Assembly: GCA_029269845.2 (NCBI GenBank)
Contig: CP149973.1
Coordinates: forward strand, 1,620,001-1,652,000
DNA from: Opitutia bacterium KCR 482
Lineage (GTDB): Bacteria; Verrucomicrobiota; Verrucomicrobiia; Opitutales; Intestinicryptomonadaceae
Length of the DNA stretch: 32,000 nucleotides
Direction: 5' to 3'
Shown: positions 16,788-26,109 of the stretch, piece by piece
Numbering within the stretch: the stretch's first letter is position 1
How the letters are laid out: every line of letters starts with the position of its first letter
Program-made: the position numbers and the translations under genes
Notes under the pieces: model-generated
What the model saw: the letters and a program-made list of their open reading frames with translations, nothing else
What the model was told of the DNA's origin: nothing
Database searches by the model: none

Positions 16788-17665
16788 TGCGGATATTCGA
16801 AAACCCCGTTTACTTGGCAATCATCGCGCTTTTCGGCGCGATGATTTTCGTTGGCGGGGTCAACGCGCGCTGGTTCGGCTCGGCAAAGCTTGTGCTTTTG
16901 CGTCGCTGGATTCGCGCGGCGTGCTTTTCGCTCGCGGTTTTTGTCTGCCTGCGGCATTTTCTCGACGACCGCCCCGTTTGGGTCTTGGGGGCGAGTTCGG
17001 TTTTGCTTTTTCTGCTGCTCGAATCGGCGTTTTACTGGGCGGGAATTTCGCTTGAAAACACCGACGAGGACATCGAAATGTTCCCGAAGTTCGAGCCTAC
17101 CGAAAGCGCGTGGAGCACCCTCGAACGCCACGCAAAACTGCGCGGGCGCATTCTTGCGGCGGGCTTTTGCGAGAGCGGCAAATTCAAGCTGCCCGTTGAC
17201 GACGAGCTTGGGGTGTCGGTTTTTGCGACAACTTTCGATTCCGCCGACGGGCTTTCGCGCATGTGCGTGATGTTTCCGTTCGGGGGGACGTCGTTTGCGA
17301 TGGCTTCGGTGAAATCGCGGCTTGCCGACGGGCGGGTAATGCTCACCGAGTCGCGCTTCATTCCGAACGGCTTGGACTATCCCGAAAACTACGACGCGCG
17401 GAATTTTCCGCTGGATTCGAATCCGCTTTCGGTCTACGCAAGGCATTTGAAGAGGCTTGCGGCGTGCGGTTCGAGCGCGGTCGCCGTTTCGGAAGACCCG
17501 CTTGCCGACCTCAACGGCACGATAGACGCGGAGCTTGCGGCGAACATCAAGAGCGGTCTGATAAACCTTCCGTCGGCTTGGGACGAAGACGGCGTCTACA
17601 CGGACGAGGGAAAATACCGCATCTGGATTTCGACGATGAAAATGTCGTACATTCCGTTCGTTTAG
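16787..17665 (+). CDS. hypothetical membrane protein (3 N-terminal TM segments plus a roughly 190-aa soluble domain)
   Basis: The ATG at 16787 shares one base with the dnaN stop (TAATG). Amino-acid composition is normal, with TM segments [34 protein letters not shown] and [25 protein letters not shown] recognise no family. Confidence 0.7.
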   Translation: MRIFENPVYLAIIALFGAMIFVGGVNARWFGSAKLVLLRRWIRAACFSLAVFVCLRHFLDDRPVWVLGASSVLLFLLLESAFYWAGISLENTDEDIEMFPKFEPTESAWSTLERHAKLRGRILAAGFCESGKFKLPVDDELGVSVFATTFDSADGLSRMCVMFPFGGTSFAMASVKSRLADGRVMLTESRFIPNGLDYPENYDARNFPLDSNPLSVYARHLKRLAACGSSAVAVSEDPLADLNGTIDAELAANIKSGLINLPSAWDEDGVYTDEGKYRIWISTMKMSYIPFV

Positions 17666-18888
17666 TCGGCGGAATTTTGCGGGGCGTCGTCGCTTTCGCG
17701 CTTTGGGAAGCAGATTTTCTCGACGGCGGACTCGAAGTCTTCCTCGCCGCGGAGAATGTCTATTTCAAGCTTTGTGTAGTAGAACGGGATTTCCGTTTTC
17801 AGGTCGGGGCGAATGCGCACGGCGTCCTTTTCGGTGCAGACGGCAAGCTGCGCGCCCGCGTTTTTTGCGGCGTCGAAAAACGCGTCTAGTTCGGCGTCGT
17901 CGAACCTGTGGTGGTCGAGAAAGCGTTTTTTGTAGACGATTTCCCCACCGAGCTCCACAAGGAATTTTTCGAAGCCTTCGGGCACTGCGATTGCCGAAAA
18001 ACACGCGACTTTCGCGCCTTTAAGTATTTCAAGCCCGACCCTTTCGTTCGTCGAAAATTCCGCAAGGCACGTCGGTCTGTGGGCGCATTCGATTATTTCG
18101 ACCGACGGGTTGTATTTGCGTATTGTGCGCTCCAATTCCGGGTCGCGCCTGCCGTCGGATTTTGTGAGGAAGATGTACGACGCGCGTTTGAGGTGCGAGA
18201 CAGGCTCGCGCAAAATTCCGCGCGGGAGCAGGCTGAAATTGCCGAAGGGGTTTGTCTTGTCGACAAGCAGCAGTTGCAGCTGCCCGCGCAGGGGCAGGTA
18301 TTGGAAGCCGTCGTCGAGCACGAGGGTGTCGGCGCCGAATTCCGTTATTGCGTAGTGCCCCGCGCGTACGCGGTTTTTGTCTACAATTACAATTACCCCG
18401 GGGAGGTTGCGGGCGAGCATGTAGGGTTCGTCGCCCGCGAATTCGGAGTCGAGCAGAATCCGCTTGCCGTCGGAGACCACTTTCGGCTTGGGGGCTTCGC
18501 CGTGGGTGAGCCATCGGACGAATTTTTTCAGCGCGCCGTCCGACTTGCTTTTGTAGCCGCGGCTTAAAATTGCGACTTTTCTGCCGCGCTCGTTGAGGGA
18601 GCGCGCGAACTTTTCGACAATCGGCGTTTTGCCCGTGCCGCCCACCGTCAAATTTCCGACGACGACCACAAGGCAGCCGAGCGGGGCGTCGCGCATGATT
18701 CGTTTTTCGTACATGGCGTAGCGCGTCCGCGCGATTGCCTCGAACACAAACGAGAGCGTTTTCAGAACCGCCGCGTAGACGGAAATCCAGAAGCCCTCGC
18801 GGCGGTCGTAGATTACGTCGGCGGTCAGGTGTGCGAAGTCCTCGCCGAACTTCGACAGCCTGCGTTTCATGCGTTTGAGAAAGCCCAA
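17662..18888 (-). CDS. lpxK: tetraacyldisaccharide 4'-kinase LpxK
   Basis: P-loop context [39 protein letters not shown] is diagnostic. TTG start at 18888 with GGAGG 6 nt upstream. An ATG at 18870 is the alternative. It starts 1 nt after the upstream stop. Confidence 0.9.
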   Translation of the reverse strand: MGFLKRMKRRLSKFGEDFAHLTADVIYDRREGFWISVYAAVLKTLSFVFEAIARTRYAMYEKRIMRDAPLGCLVVVVGNLTVGGTGKTPIVEKFARSLNERGRKVAILSRGYKSKSDGALKKFVRWLTHGEAPKPKVVSDGKRILLDSEFAGDEPYMLARNLPGVIVIVDKNRVRAGHYAITEFGADTLVLDDGFQYLPLRGQLQLLLVDKTNPFGNFSLLPRGILREPVSHLKRASYIFLTKSDGRRDPELERTIRKYNPSVEIIECAHRPTCLAEFSTNERVGLEILKGAKVACFSAIAVPEGFEKFLVELGGEIVYKKRFLDHHRFDDAELDAFFDAAKNAGAQLAVCTEKDAVRIRPDLKTEIPFYYTKLEIDILRGEEDFESAVEKICFPKRESDDAPQNSAD

Positions 18889-18889
18889 G

Positions 18890-20587
18890 TTATTCCTCCC
18901 CCTTTTCGGGCTTCGCCTTTTTCGGCGGGGTCAGCGTTTCGCGCAGTTTTTCAGCCCTCGCTTTCGACAGTTCGTCGCGCGAGGCGCTTACGAACATCGA
19001 CACCACCTTGTTCGCGCTTCGGTAGTCTTCGACCGACACGAAAAGTTTTGCAAGCGGCATCGTTATTTTGCGCAGGCACTCGTCGGGGCAGGAGGTCGAG
19101 TTTCTCACGATATCCTGATATGCGGGCAGGATTTCCGTTTTGTCTTCGGCGCGGGCGAACATGTCGGAAATCTGGTTCGCGTAGATGTCGATGCCAAGCC
19201 CCGTGTCGGAGCGCATTACGCCGCGCATTTCGGCGGTGAGCAGCCTGTCCGCCTCTTTGCCGCGCCTGAGGGCGATGAGGTTTTGGCGGTAGAAATTGAG
19301 CATTGCAATGCACATGTCGGGGTAGCGGCGGAACGCTTCGTAGCTTTTGCGCCAGTAAGAGTCAAGCTCGCCCTGCGACGCCCCGAAGCGCGCGCGCGCC
19401 GAGATGAACGCGATGTACGCCTCCCAGTTTTCGGGATTTTCCTTGCGGGCTTTGTCGGCGAAAACGGCGGCATCGTTGTTTTTGCCCGCGTCGTAGAGCA
19501 TGCGCGAAATTTCGAGGAACACGCGCGAGAAGATTCCCGCCTCCGTCGTGATGTGGCGGCGGGCGAGCATGTCGATGTCGAACTTCTGCGATGTCCTCCA
19601 TGTTTGCGGGTCGAGCGGGCGTCCGAAGAGGTGTTTTGCCTTTTCGCTGCGGGCGACGTCGTGCTTCCAGACCCCCGGCCGCGACATGTACGCAAGCCAC
19701 GCCTGTTTGCCCTCGCGGAAGAAAAGGCAGGGTATGCCGTTGGCGTTTGCGATTCTCCACGCGCAGTAGACTTTTTCCGCCTCCGTGCCGCCGTATTTGA
19801 GGATATTTTTCGGGGTGAATTCGCGCTCCGACGCGTCCCAGTCGGCAACGACTCCGTTTGCGTAGCGCGACTTGTCGGTCTTTATCGAGTGCGCAAGCTT
19901 TTCTATCGCGAACGGCGCAATGCTCGTGTTTTTCAGTCCGCGCAGCTCGTCGAGCGGCCCGCCGATTCCGAACACCCAGATAAGTTCGCCGACCGTCAGC
20001 CTGTCCATCGGGAACACGAACGTATGCGGGTCTTCCGTGAAAATGTTGAAGGTTTCCTCCGCCTGAAACATCGGGACGGGGTCGGACGGCGTTCCGCAGT
20101 TCGGCCAGCCGCCGGGGGGCGGAACGTCGTAGACGAGCGAGACCGCGAACGCGCTCCTCAGGTATTTTTTGAAATTGTCGGGGTAGACTTGGTGGATTTG
20201 CGCGAGCGTTTTGCAGACGCCTTCGAGGTTGTCTTCGGGCTTCATTGTCTCGAAAAAGTCGCAGAGCGCGGGAATGTCGGATAGCATTGCGCGTTTTACC
20301 GCCGTGTGCAAAGACGTCCCCTCCTTCGAGAAGAGGTCCGCCGCCTTGTAGACGTAGAGCCAGCCCGCGGCTTCGGGGTAGAGCTGTTTGAGGGCGAGGT
20401 CGAGGGTTGTCGCGCGGGTCTTTTCGGCGTATTCGCCCCACGCCTGCGCGCTGTCGTTTTCGAGCAGTTTGTCTATGTCCGACTGCGAAATCGGCGAAAC
20501 GGGAAGCTTGGGCAGTTCGGGCACTGCGTGTTGCGCCGACGCCGCGACCGCCGAAATGCAAAAAATTATTGCGCTAAAAAACCTCAT
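18890..20587 (-). CDS. secreted hypothetical protein with a possible transglutaminase-like core and a helical (TPR-like) C-terminal half
   Basis: Signal peptide [19 protein letters not shown]. The segment [25 protein letters not shown]...[17 protein letters not shown] resembles the Cys / (H)AW / D layout of transglutaminase-like cysteine peptidases. The C-terminal half is helical, ending in a Lys/Glu-rich tail. Confidence 0.75.
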   Translation of the reverse strand: MRFFSAIIFCISAVAASAQHAVPELPKLPVSPISQSDIDKLLENDSAQAWGEYAEKTRATTLDLALKQLYPEAAGWLYVYKAADLFSKEGTSLHTAVKRAMLSDIPALCDFFETMKPEDNLEGVCKTLAQIHQVYPDNFKKYLRSAFAVSLVYDVPPPGGWPNCGTPSDPVPMFQAEETFNIFTEDPHTFVFPMDRLTVGELIWVFGIGGPLDELRGLKNTSIAPFAIEKLAHSIKTDKSRYANGVVADWDASEREFTPKNILKYGGTEAEKVYCAWRIANANGIPCLFFREGKQAWLAYMSRPGVWKHDVARSEKAKHLFGRPLDPQTWRTSQKFDIDMLARRHITTEAGIFSRVFLEISRMLYDAGKNNDAAVFADKARKENPENWEAYIAFISARARFGASQGELDSYWRKSYEAFRRYPDMCIAMLNFYRQNLIALRRGKEADRLLTAEMRGVMRSDTGLGIDIYANQISDMFARAEDKTEILPAYQDIVRNSTSCPDECLRKITMPLAKLFVSVEDYRSANKVVSMFVSASRDELSKARAEKLRETLTPPKKAKPEKGEE

Positions 20588-20838
20588 AAATCCATATTTA
20601 TTCCGCAGTTTTAAATGTCAAGATATGAAAGCGCGGACTGCCCCAAAAATGCAAAACCGAGCGCGGAGTCGGAAGCGGTGCGCGGTGTGGAAAAGGGGCG
20701 CGGATAGGCGAGGGTTGCGAATGCGCGCGCAGGAAGTTGCGCGGAGATAGAAGCATGCGCATAGCGCGTCGTTGCGTCGCCGCTTTGCGTTTGGCGTGTT
20801 GCCGCGCGGGTCATTTTGCGCGTTGCGTTGAATGTCCG

Positions 20839-20869
20839 CAAAAAACGCCCGACCTTGCGGCGCGGGCGT
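20839..20869 (-). terminator. Rho-independent terminator ending the ATPase cluster
   Basis: Minus strand: acgcccg-cgccgcaaggt-cgggcgt followed by T6. It lies 22 nt downstream of the stop at 20891. Confidence 0.75.
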
Positions 20870-20890
20870 CCGAAATCCGAAATTCGGGGC

Positions 20891-21229
20891 TTATGCTGCG
20901 GGCTGTTCTTCCGCGGCGGGGGCAACCTTTGCCGCCTTTGTCTTGCGGCGGCGGCGTTTCGCCTTGGGCTTTTCCTCCGCGGGCGCGGCGGCTTCGCCAG
21001 ATTCCGCGGCAAGTTCGCGTTCGGCGATGATGTCTTCAATCTTTTCTTTGAGCGTCGCGAGCTCTTCGACGGACATATTGTTCAACGGCTTGTTTTCGTT
21101 GACGGGAATGTCCATTCCGTGCGAACGCAGGATTTCGTCGATTTTATCCTGATTCTTTTTGTAGAGGTAGAAGCCTGTCGCTGCGATGCCGATGCCGAGC
21201 GCGGCTCCGATTATATGGTCTCTTGTCAT
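20891..21229 (-). CDS. small membrane-anchored protein with coiled acidic middle and Lys/Arg/Ala/Pro-rich tail (hypothetical)
   Basis: 112 aa. ATG preceded by aaaggaac. TM segment IIGAALGIGIAATGFYLY, then ..MSVEELATLKEKIEDIIAERELAAE.., then ..EEKPKAKRRRRKTKAAKVAPAAEE. It starts 28 nt after the ATPase stop on the same strand. Confidence 0.7.
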   Translation of the reverse strand: MTRDHIIGAALGIGIAATGFYLYKKNQDKIDEILRSHGMDIPVNENKPLNNMSVEELATLKEKIEDIIAERELAAESGEAAAPAEEKPKAKRRRRKTKAAKVAPAAEEQPAA

Positions 21230-21257
21230 GTTTGTTCCTTTCGGTTTTGATTTAAAG

Positions 21258-23477
21258 TTATTTTAGCGAAGGCGGACGCCCCATATCGTAAAACAATATT
21301 CTCATACTGTTGGCTACAACCAGAATTGTCGAGGAATTATGCATCACCGCTCCGAAAATTACGGGAATTGTTCCGAGCGCGCCCAGCATAAGCCCGAGTG
21401 TGTTTATGCCGACCGCCGCTATCAGGTTCTGCCGCACGACGTCCATCGTATACTTTGAAAGCCCGTAGATTCCGGGGAGCATGAGGGCGTTGTCGCCTGC
21501 TATCGTGATGTCGGAAGCCTCCATTGCGACGTCCGTGCGCGTCTTGCCGAGCGCGATTCCAACGTCGGCGTAGGCGAGGGCGGGGGCGTCGTTTATGCCG
21601 TCGCCTACCATCACCACCTTGTTCCCGCGAGCCTGCATGCCGAGCACCACGCGCGCCTTGTCTTCGGGCAGAAGCTCGTACTCGTAGCTGTCTATTCCGA
21701 GTCTGCGAGCCACGACGTCCGCCTGCTGTTCGAGGTCTCCCGTAAGCAGAACGATGTCGTCCACCCCCACGTTGCGCAGGCGGTTGAGAGCCTTTTTCAT
21801 GTTCTCGCGCAGGGGGTCTCTAATTCCGATAAGCCCCGCGATTTCGTCGTCCTTCGAGACGAACACCACGTTTTCGCCCTTTGCGAAAAGCGCGGACGCC
21901 TGTTCGCGCATGGAGTGCGTGTGGATTCCGCTTTCGTTGAGGAATTTCTTGTTGCCCACGCGGATTGTAGAGCCGCCTACCGTGGTGTACACGCCGCGCC
22001 CGACAATCGTATTGACGTCGCCGTGCTGCGGAATGCGGACGCCCTCACGCGTGGCGGCGTCGAGAATCGCCGACGCCATAGGGTGTTTCGAGGTTTCCTC
22101 CGCCGCCGCCGCGTAGCAGACGATGTCTTTTTGCGTAAATTTTTTCGACTGCGGCACTATGCTTTCCACGCACGGTTTGCCCTCTGTGAGAGTGCCCGTC
22201 TTGTCGAGAATGAGCGTGTCCGCCTTGCTCATGGACTCAATCACGCCGCTTCCCTTGATGAGCACGCCCTGCCGCGCCGCAGTGTTGATTGCCGCCGACA
22301 GCGCCGCCGCCGTCGAAAGCTTTATGCCGCAGGAGTAGTCTATGATGAGCATGTTCAACGCCCTGTTCATGTCGCGCGTGAGCGCGTAGACCAAGCCCGC
22401 AAGAACTATGTTGAGCGGCACGAGGGCGGACGAAAATTTGTCGGCGTAGTTTTGTACCTCCGCCTTTTTGCCGCCCGCGTCCTCGACCATTTTTATGATT
22501 TTCGAGACCGCCGTGTTCTCGCCCGCAGACTCCACTTTGCAGGTTATTGTGCCCTCCACCACGAGCGTTCCCGCGAACACCCTGCCGCCCGTCTTGCGCG
22601 AGACGGGTTCGAATTCGCCCGTAATCGACGACTGGTTGATTACCGCGTGCCCCGAGACAATCTCGCCGTCGGCGCAGATTTTTTCGCCAGAATGCACCAC
22701 GATTATGTCGCCCGATTTCAGGCTCTTTGCGGGGATTTTTTCGAGCGGGCTGCCGATTTTGTTTTTCAGCGGGTGCCAGACCGTTTCGTTTTCGACCGAA
22801 AGCATGTCGCGGATTGCGTTGCGCGTGCGGTTCATCGTGTAGACCGTCATCGACTCCGCCAAGTCGTGCAGGAATAGCACCGTCAGCGCCGACGCCGTTT
22901 TGCCCGAAAGCACGCTCGAAAGCACCGCCATTGCGCTCAGCGTGTCGGCGTTGGGAAGCATCGACCTTTTGAACGCGCCGATTCCGCTCTTGAAAAGCGG
23001 GTATGCGAGCGCGAGCGCGCCGATTCCCGGAAAGCCGAAAAGTCTGCCCGCGATTGTCGCAGGCACCGTCTTCTTTGCGAGCCACGAGCCGAGCAGTAGC
23101 GACGCCGAAACCGCGCTCCGCGTAATGAGCGTCGAAAGCGGTTCTTCGTGCAAATCGCGCTCCTCCACCAAAAGCCTGTTCTTTTCCTCCCGCTCCCTTT
23201 GAAGTATGCCGAGCGAGTGCGCGGCGATGATTTCCTCGACCGCCGACATGATTCTGTCGGGCGTAGTTTTTTCGGCGTCGAACTTCACCACGACGGACTC
23301 CGCCGCGGGGTTTATCCTCACCGATTCCACGCCTTCCAAAATCTGGAAGTGCGAAAGCAGGTGTTCGCGCTCGCCGCCTTTCCCGACGTAGCGCAACCCC
23401 CTGCATGTAATCCTTATTCTTCCGCGTAATTCGTGGGCGCGGAAGCATTTCAACAGAGGCGTTTTTTTCTTGAACAT
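21258..23477 (-). CDS. P1B-type (heavy-metal family) P-type ATPase, atypical: S-C-G instead of C-P-C, cysteine-free HMA-like N-domain (P1B-6 / FezB-like)
   Basis: 739 aa with SITGEFEP (TGE), DKTGTLT, SKHPMA (HP), LLTGD and GDGINDAPAL. The TM helix preceding DKTGT reads LIIDYSCGIKLS, where Cu/Zn pumps have CPC. The last TM helix reads MHNSSTILVV. The N-terminal roughly 85 aa (..HELRGRIRITCRGL...VESVRINPAAESVVVKFD..) is HMA-like without CxxC. Confidence 0.9.
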   Translation of the reverse strand: MFKKKTPLLKCFRAHELRGRIRITCRGLRYVGKGGEREHLLSHFQILEGVESVRINPAAESVVVKFDAEKTTPDRIMSAVEEIIAAHSLGILQREREEKNRLLVEERDLHEEPLSTLITRSAVSASLLLGSWLAKKTVPATIAGRLFGFPGIGALALAYPLFKSGIGAFKRSMLPNADTLSAMAVLSSVLSGKTASALTVLFLHDLAESMTVYTMNRTRNAIRDMLSVENETVWHPLKNKIGSPLEKIPAKSLKSGDIIVVHSGEKICADGEIVSGHAVINQSSITGEFEPVSRKTGGRVFAGTLVVEGTITCKVESAGENTAVSKIIKMVEDAGGKKAEVQNYADKFSSALVPLNIVLAGLVYALTRDMNRALNMLIIDYSCGIKLSTAAALSAAINTAARQGVLIKGSGVIESMSKADTLILDKTGTLTEGKPCVESIVPQSKKFTQKDIVCYAAAAEETSKHPMASAILDAATREGVRIPQHGDVNTIVGRGVYTTVGGSTIRVGNKKFLNESGIHTHSMREQASALFAKGENVVFVSKDDEIAGLIGIRDPLRENMKKALNRLRNVGVDDIVLLTGDLEQQADVVARRLGIDSYEYELLPEDKARVVLGMQARGNKVVMVGDGINDAPALAYADVGIALGKTRTDVAMEASDITIAGDNALMLPGIYGLSKYTMDVVRQNLIAAVGINTLGLMLGALGTIPVIFGAVMHNSSTILVVANSMRILFYDMGRPPSLK

Positions 23478-23481
23478 ATCC

Positions 23482-23850
23482 TTATTTTAAATTGTCGAGC
23501 GCGGATTTTATCCGTTTTGCCAGCGTTTTTTCGTCGGCTTCGGCGGCGTCGGGCGAGCACGCAATTTCAAGCGTAGCGTTCCACGCGCCGCGAATCCACG
23601 CCATTACGGCGTCCTCCGACGTCTCGTTCGGATTGTAGGATACAAGCAGATTTCCCGTGATTTTGCAAAGCGAAACTTCCGTAATTCCGACCCTCTTTTT
23701 GAGGGCGTTCAGAAACATCGGCGCGTATTTTTCCGCGTATTCGGGGTACGACTTTATGCCGCCGACGTTGATTCGCAGGCGTCCGCGTATGCTGTGGAGC
23801 ACTTTCAGGCTTCCGACAAACGAAAGCGCGATTTTTTTCAGCGGGTTCAT
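23482..23850 (-). CDS. small cysteine-free HMA-like (HMA2-type) domain protein
   Basis: The internal ATG at 23850 overlaps the upstream stop as ATGA. The 122-aa product reads MNPLKKIALSFVGSLKVLHSIRGRLRINVGGIKS...GITEVSLCKITGNLLVSYNPNETS.., paralogous to the ATPase N-domain. The longer listed ORF (to 24114) is Arg/Pro-rich and lies inside the upstream gene. Confidence 0.75.
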   Translation of the reverse strand: MNPLKKIALSFVGSLKVLHSIRGRLRINVGGIKSYPEYAEKYAPMFLNALKKRVGITEVSLCKITGNLLVSYNPNETSEDAVMAWIRGAWNATLEIACSPDAAEADEKTLAKRIKSALDNLK

Positions 23851-24386
23851 TTGCAGATGTTCACGCTTTGGAAGAGCCACCAGAGCAGGTTCGTGGGGAA
23901 CGACGGCGTTGTTGTCTGTATCTTGAATGTCCTGCGGAGAATCGGTACGGTTTTGAGGAGTTGGAGAATCAGCAGAATCGTCATGAGTGCGCGGAGGTCG
24001 AAAAGTCCCTTTGTGCGCTGCATGAGAGCCTGATTGAACGCGTAGCCTATTGTGGTAAGCTCGCTTGCAAGCAGCGATTTCCTCGACTTCACCTGCGCCT
24101 CGAAGTCGAAGCAATAGGTGAGGGCGGATACCACGATTACGGGCGAAAGCGTCTTGGCGTCGTATTCCACAAGCACCGTTCCGAGCATCGGGTTTGCCGA
24201 TATTTTCCTTATGCCGCCCACTCCCGACAGCGTTTTTACGATTCGCTCCGCAATGGCGCGGTTCGACTTCATCGACGGTATGCGCACGCGCATTCTGCCC
24301 GCTATCGAGTGTTTTACTTCGAGAACTCCCTGAAACGACGGCGCGCGCATGGCGGCGTCCAAAATACTGTTGCCTTGTATATTCAT
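23847..24386 (-). CDS. HMA-like (HMA2-type) domain protein with hydrophobic C-terminal region
   Basis: 179 aa. ..VLEVKHSIAGRMRVRIPSMKSNRAIAERIVKTLSGVGGIRKISANPMLGTVLVEYDAKTLSP.. is followed by hydrophobic LFDLRALMTILLILQLLKTVPIL and PTNLLWWLF. aagagg lies upstream of the ATG. Confidence 0.78.
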   Translation of the reverse strand: MNIQGNSILDAAMRAPSFQGVLEVKHSIAGRMRVRIPSMKSNRAIAERIVKTLSGVGGIRKISANPMLGTVLVEYDAKTLSPVIVVSALTYCFDFEAQVKSRKSLLASELTTIGYAFNQALMQRTKGLFDLRALMTILLILQLLKTVPILRRTFKIQTTTPSFPTNLLWWLFQSVNICK

Positions 24387-24441
24387 TGAAATGTTGCCTC
24401 TTGGTTGGGGGCGTTTGCGCCCATTGTTGAAAAGTTAATTT

Positions 24442-24470
24442 AGTCTAACTTTTCCGTTTCCCATTGTCAA
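24442..24470 (-). promoter_or_regulatory. sigma70-like promoter candidate for the HMA-like/ATPase cluster
   Basis: Minus strand: TTGACA, 17 nt, TAGACT, about 55 nt upstream of the ATG at 24386. A gggcg-caaa-cgccc hairpin sits in the predicted 5' UTR. Hexamer matching only. Confidence 0.4.
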
Positions 24471-24501
24471 GTTTTTTGGGGGGCGTGGCGGTTTGGGGTG
24501 C

Positions 24502-24530
24502 AAAAAAAAGCCCGCCGCATTGCGCGTCGG
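24502..24530 (-). terminator. intrinsic terminator candidate after eno
   Basis: Minus strand: an imperfect hairpin cgacgc-gcaat-gcggcg followed by ggc and T8. Confidence 0.5.
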
Positions 24531-24568
24531 ACTCGTATACTTCATATTTTTCGCGGAATGTCCACTCT

Positions 24569-26107
<1,539 letters not shown>

Positions 26108-26109
26108 TC

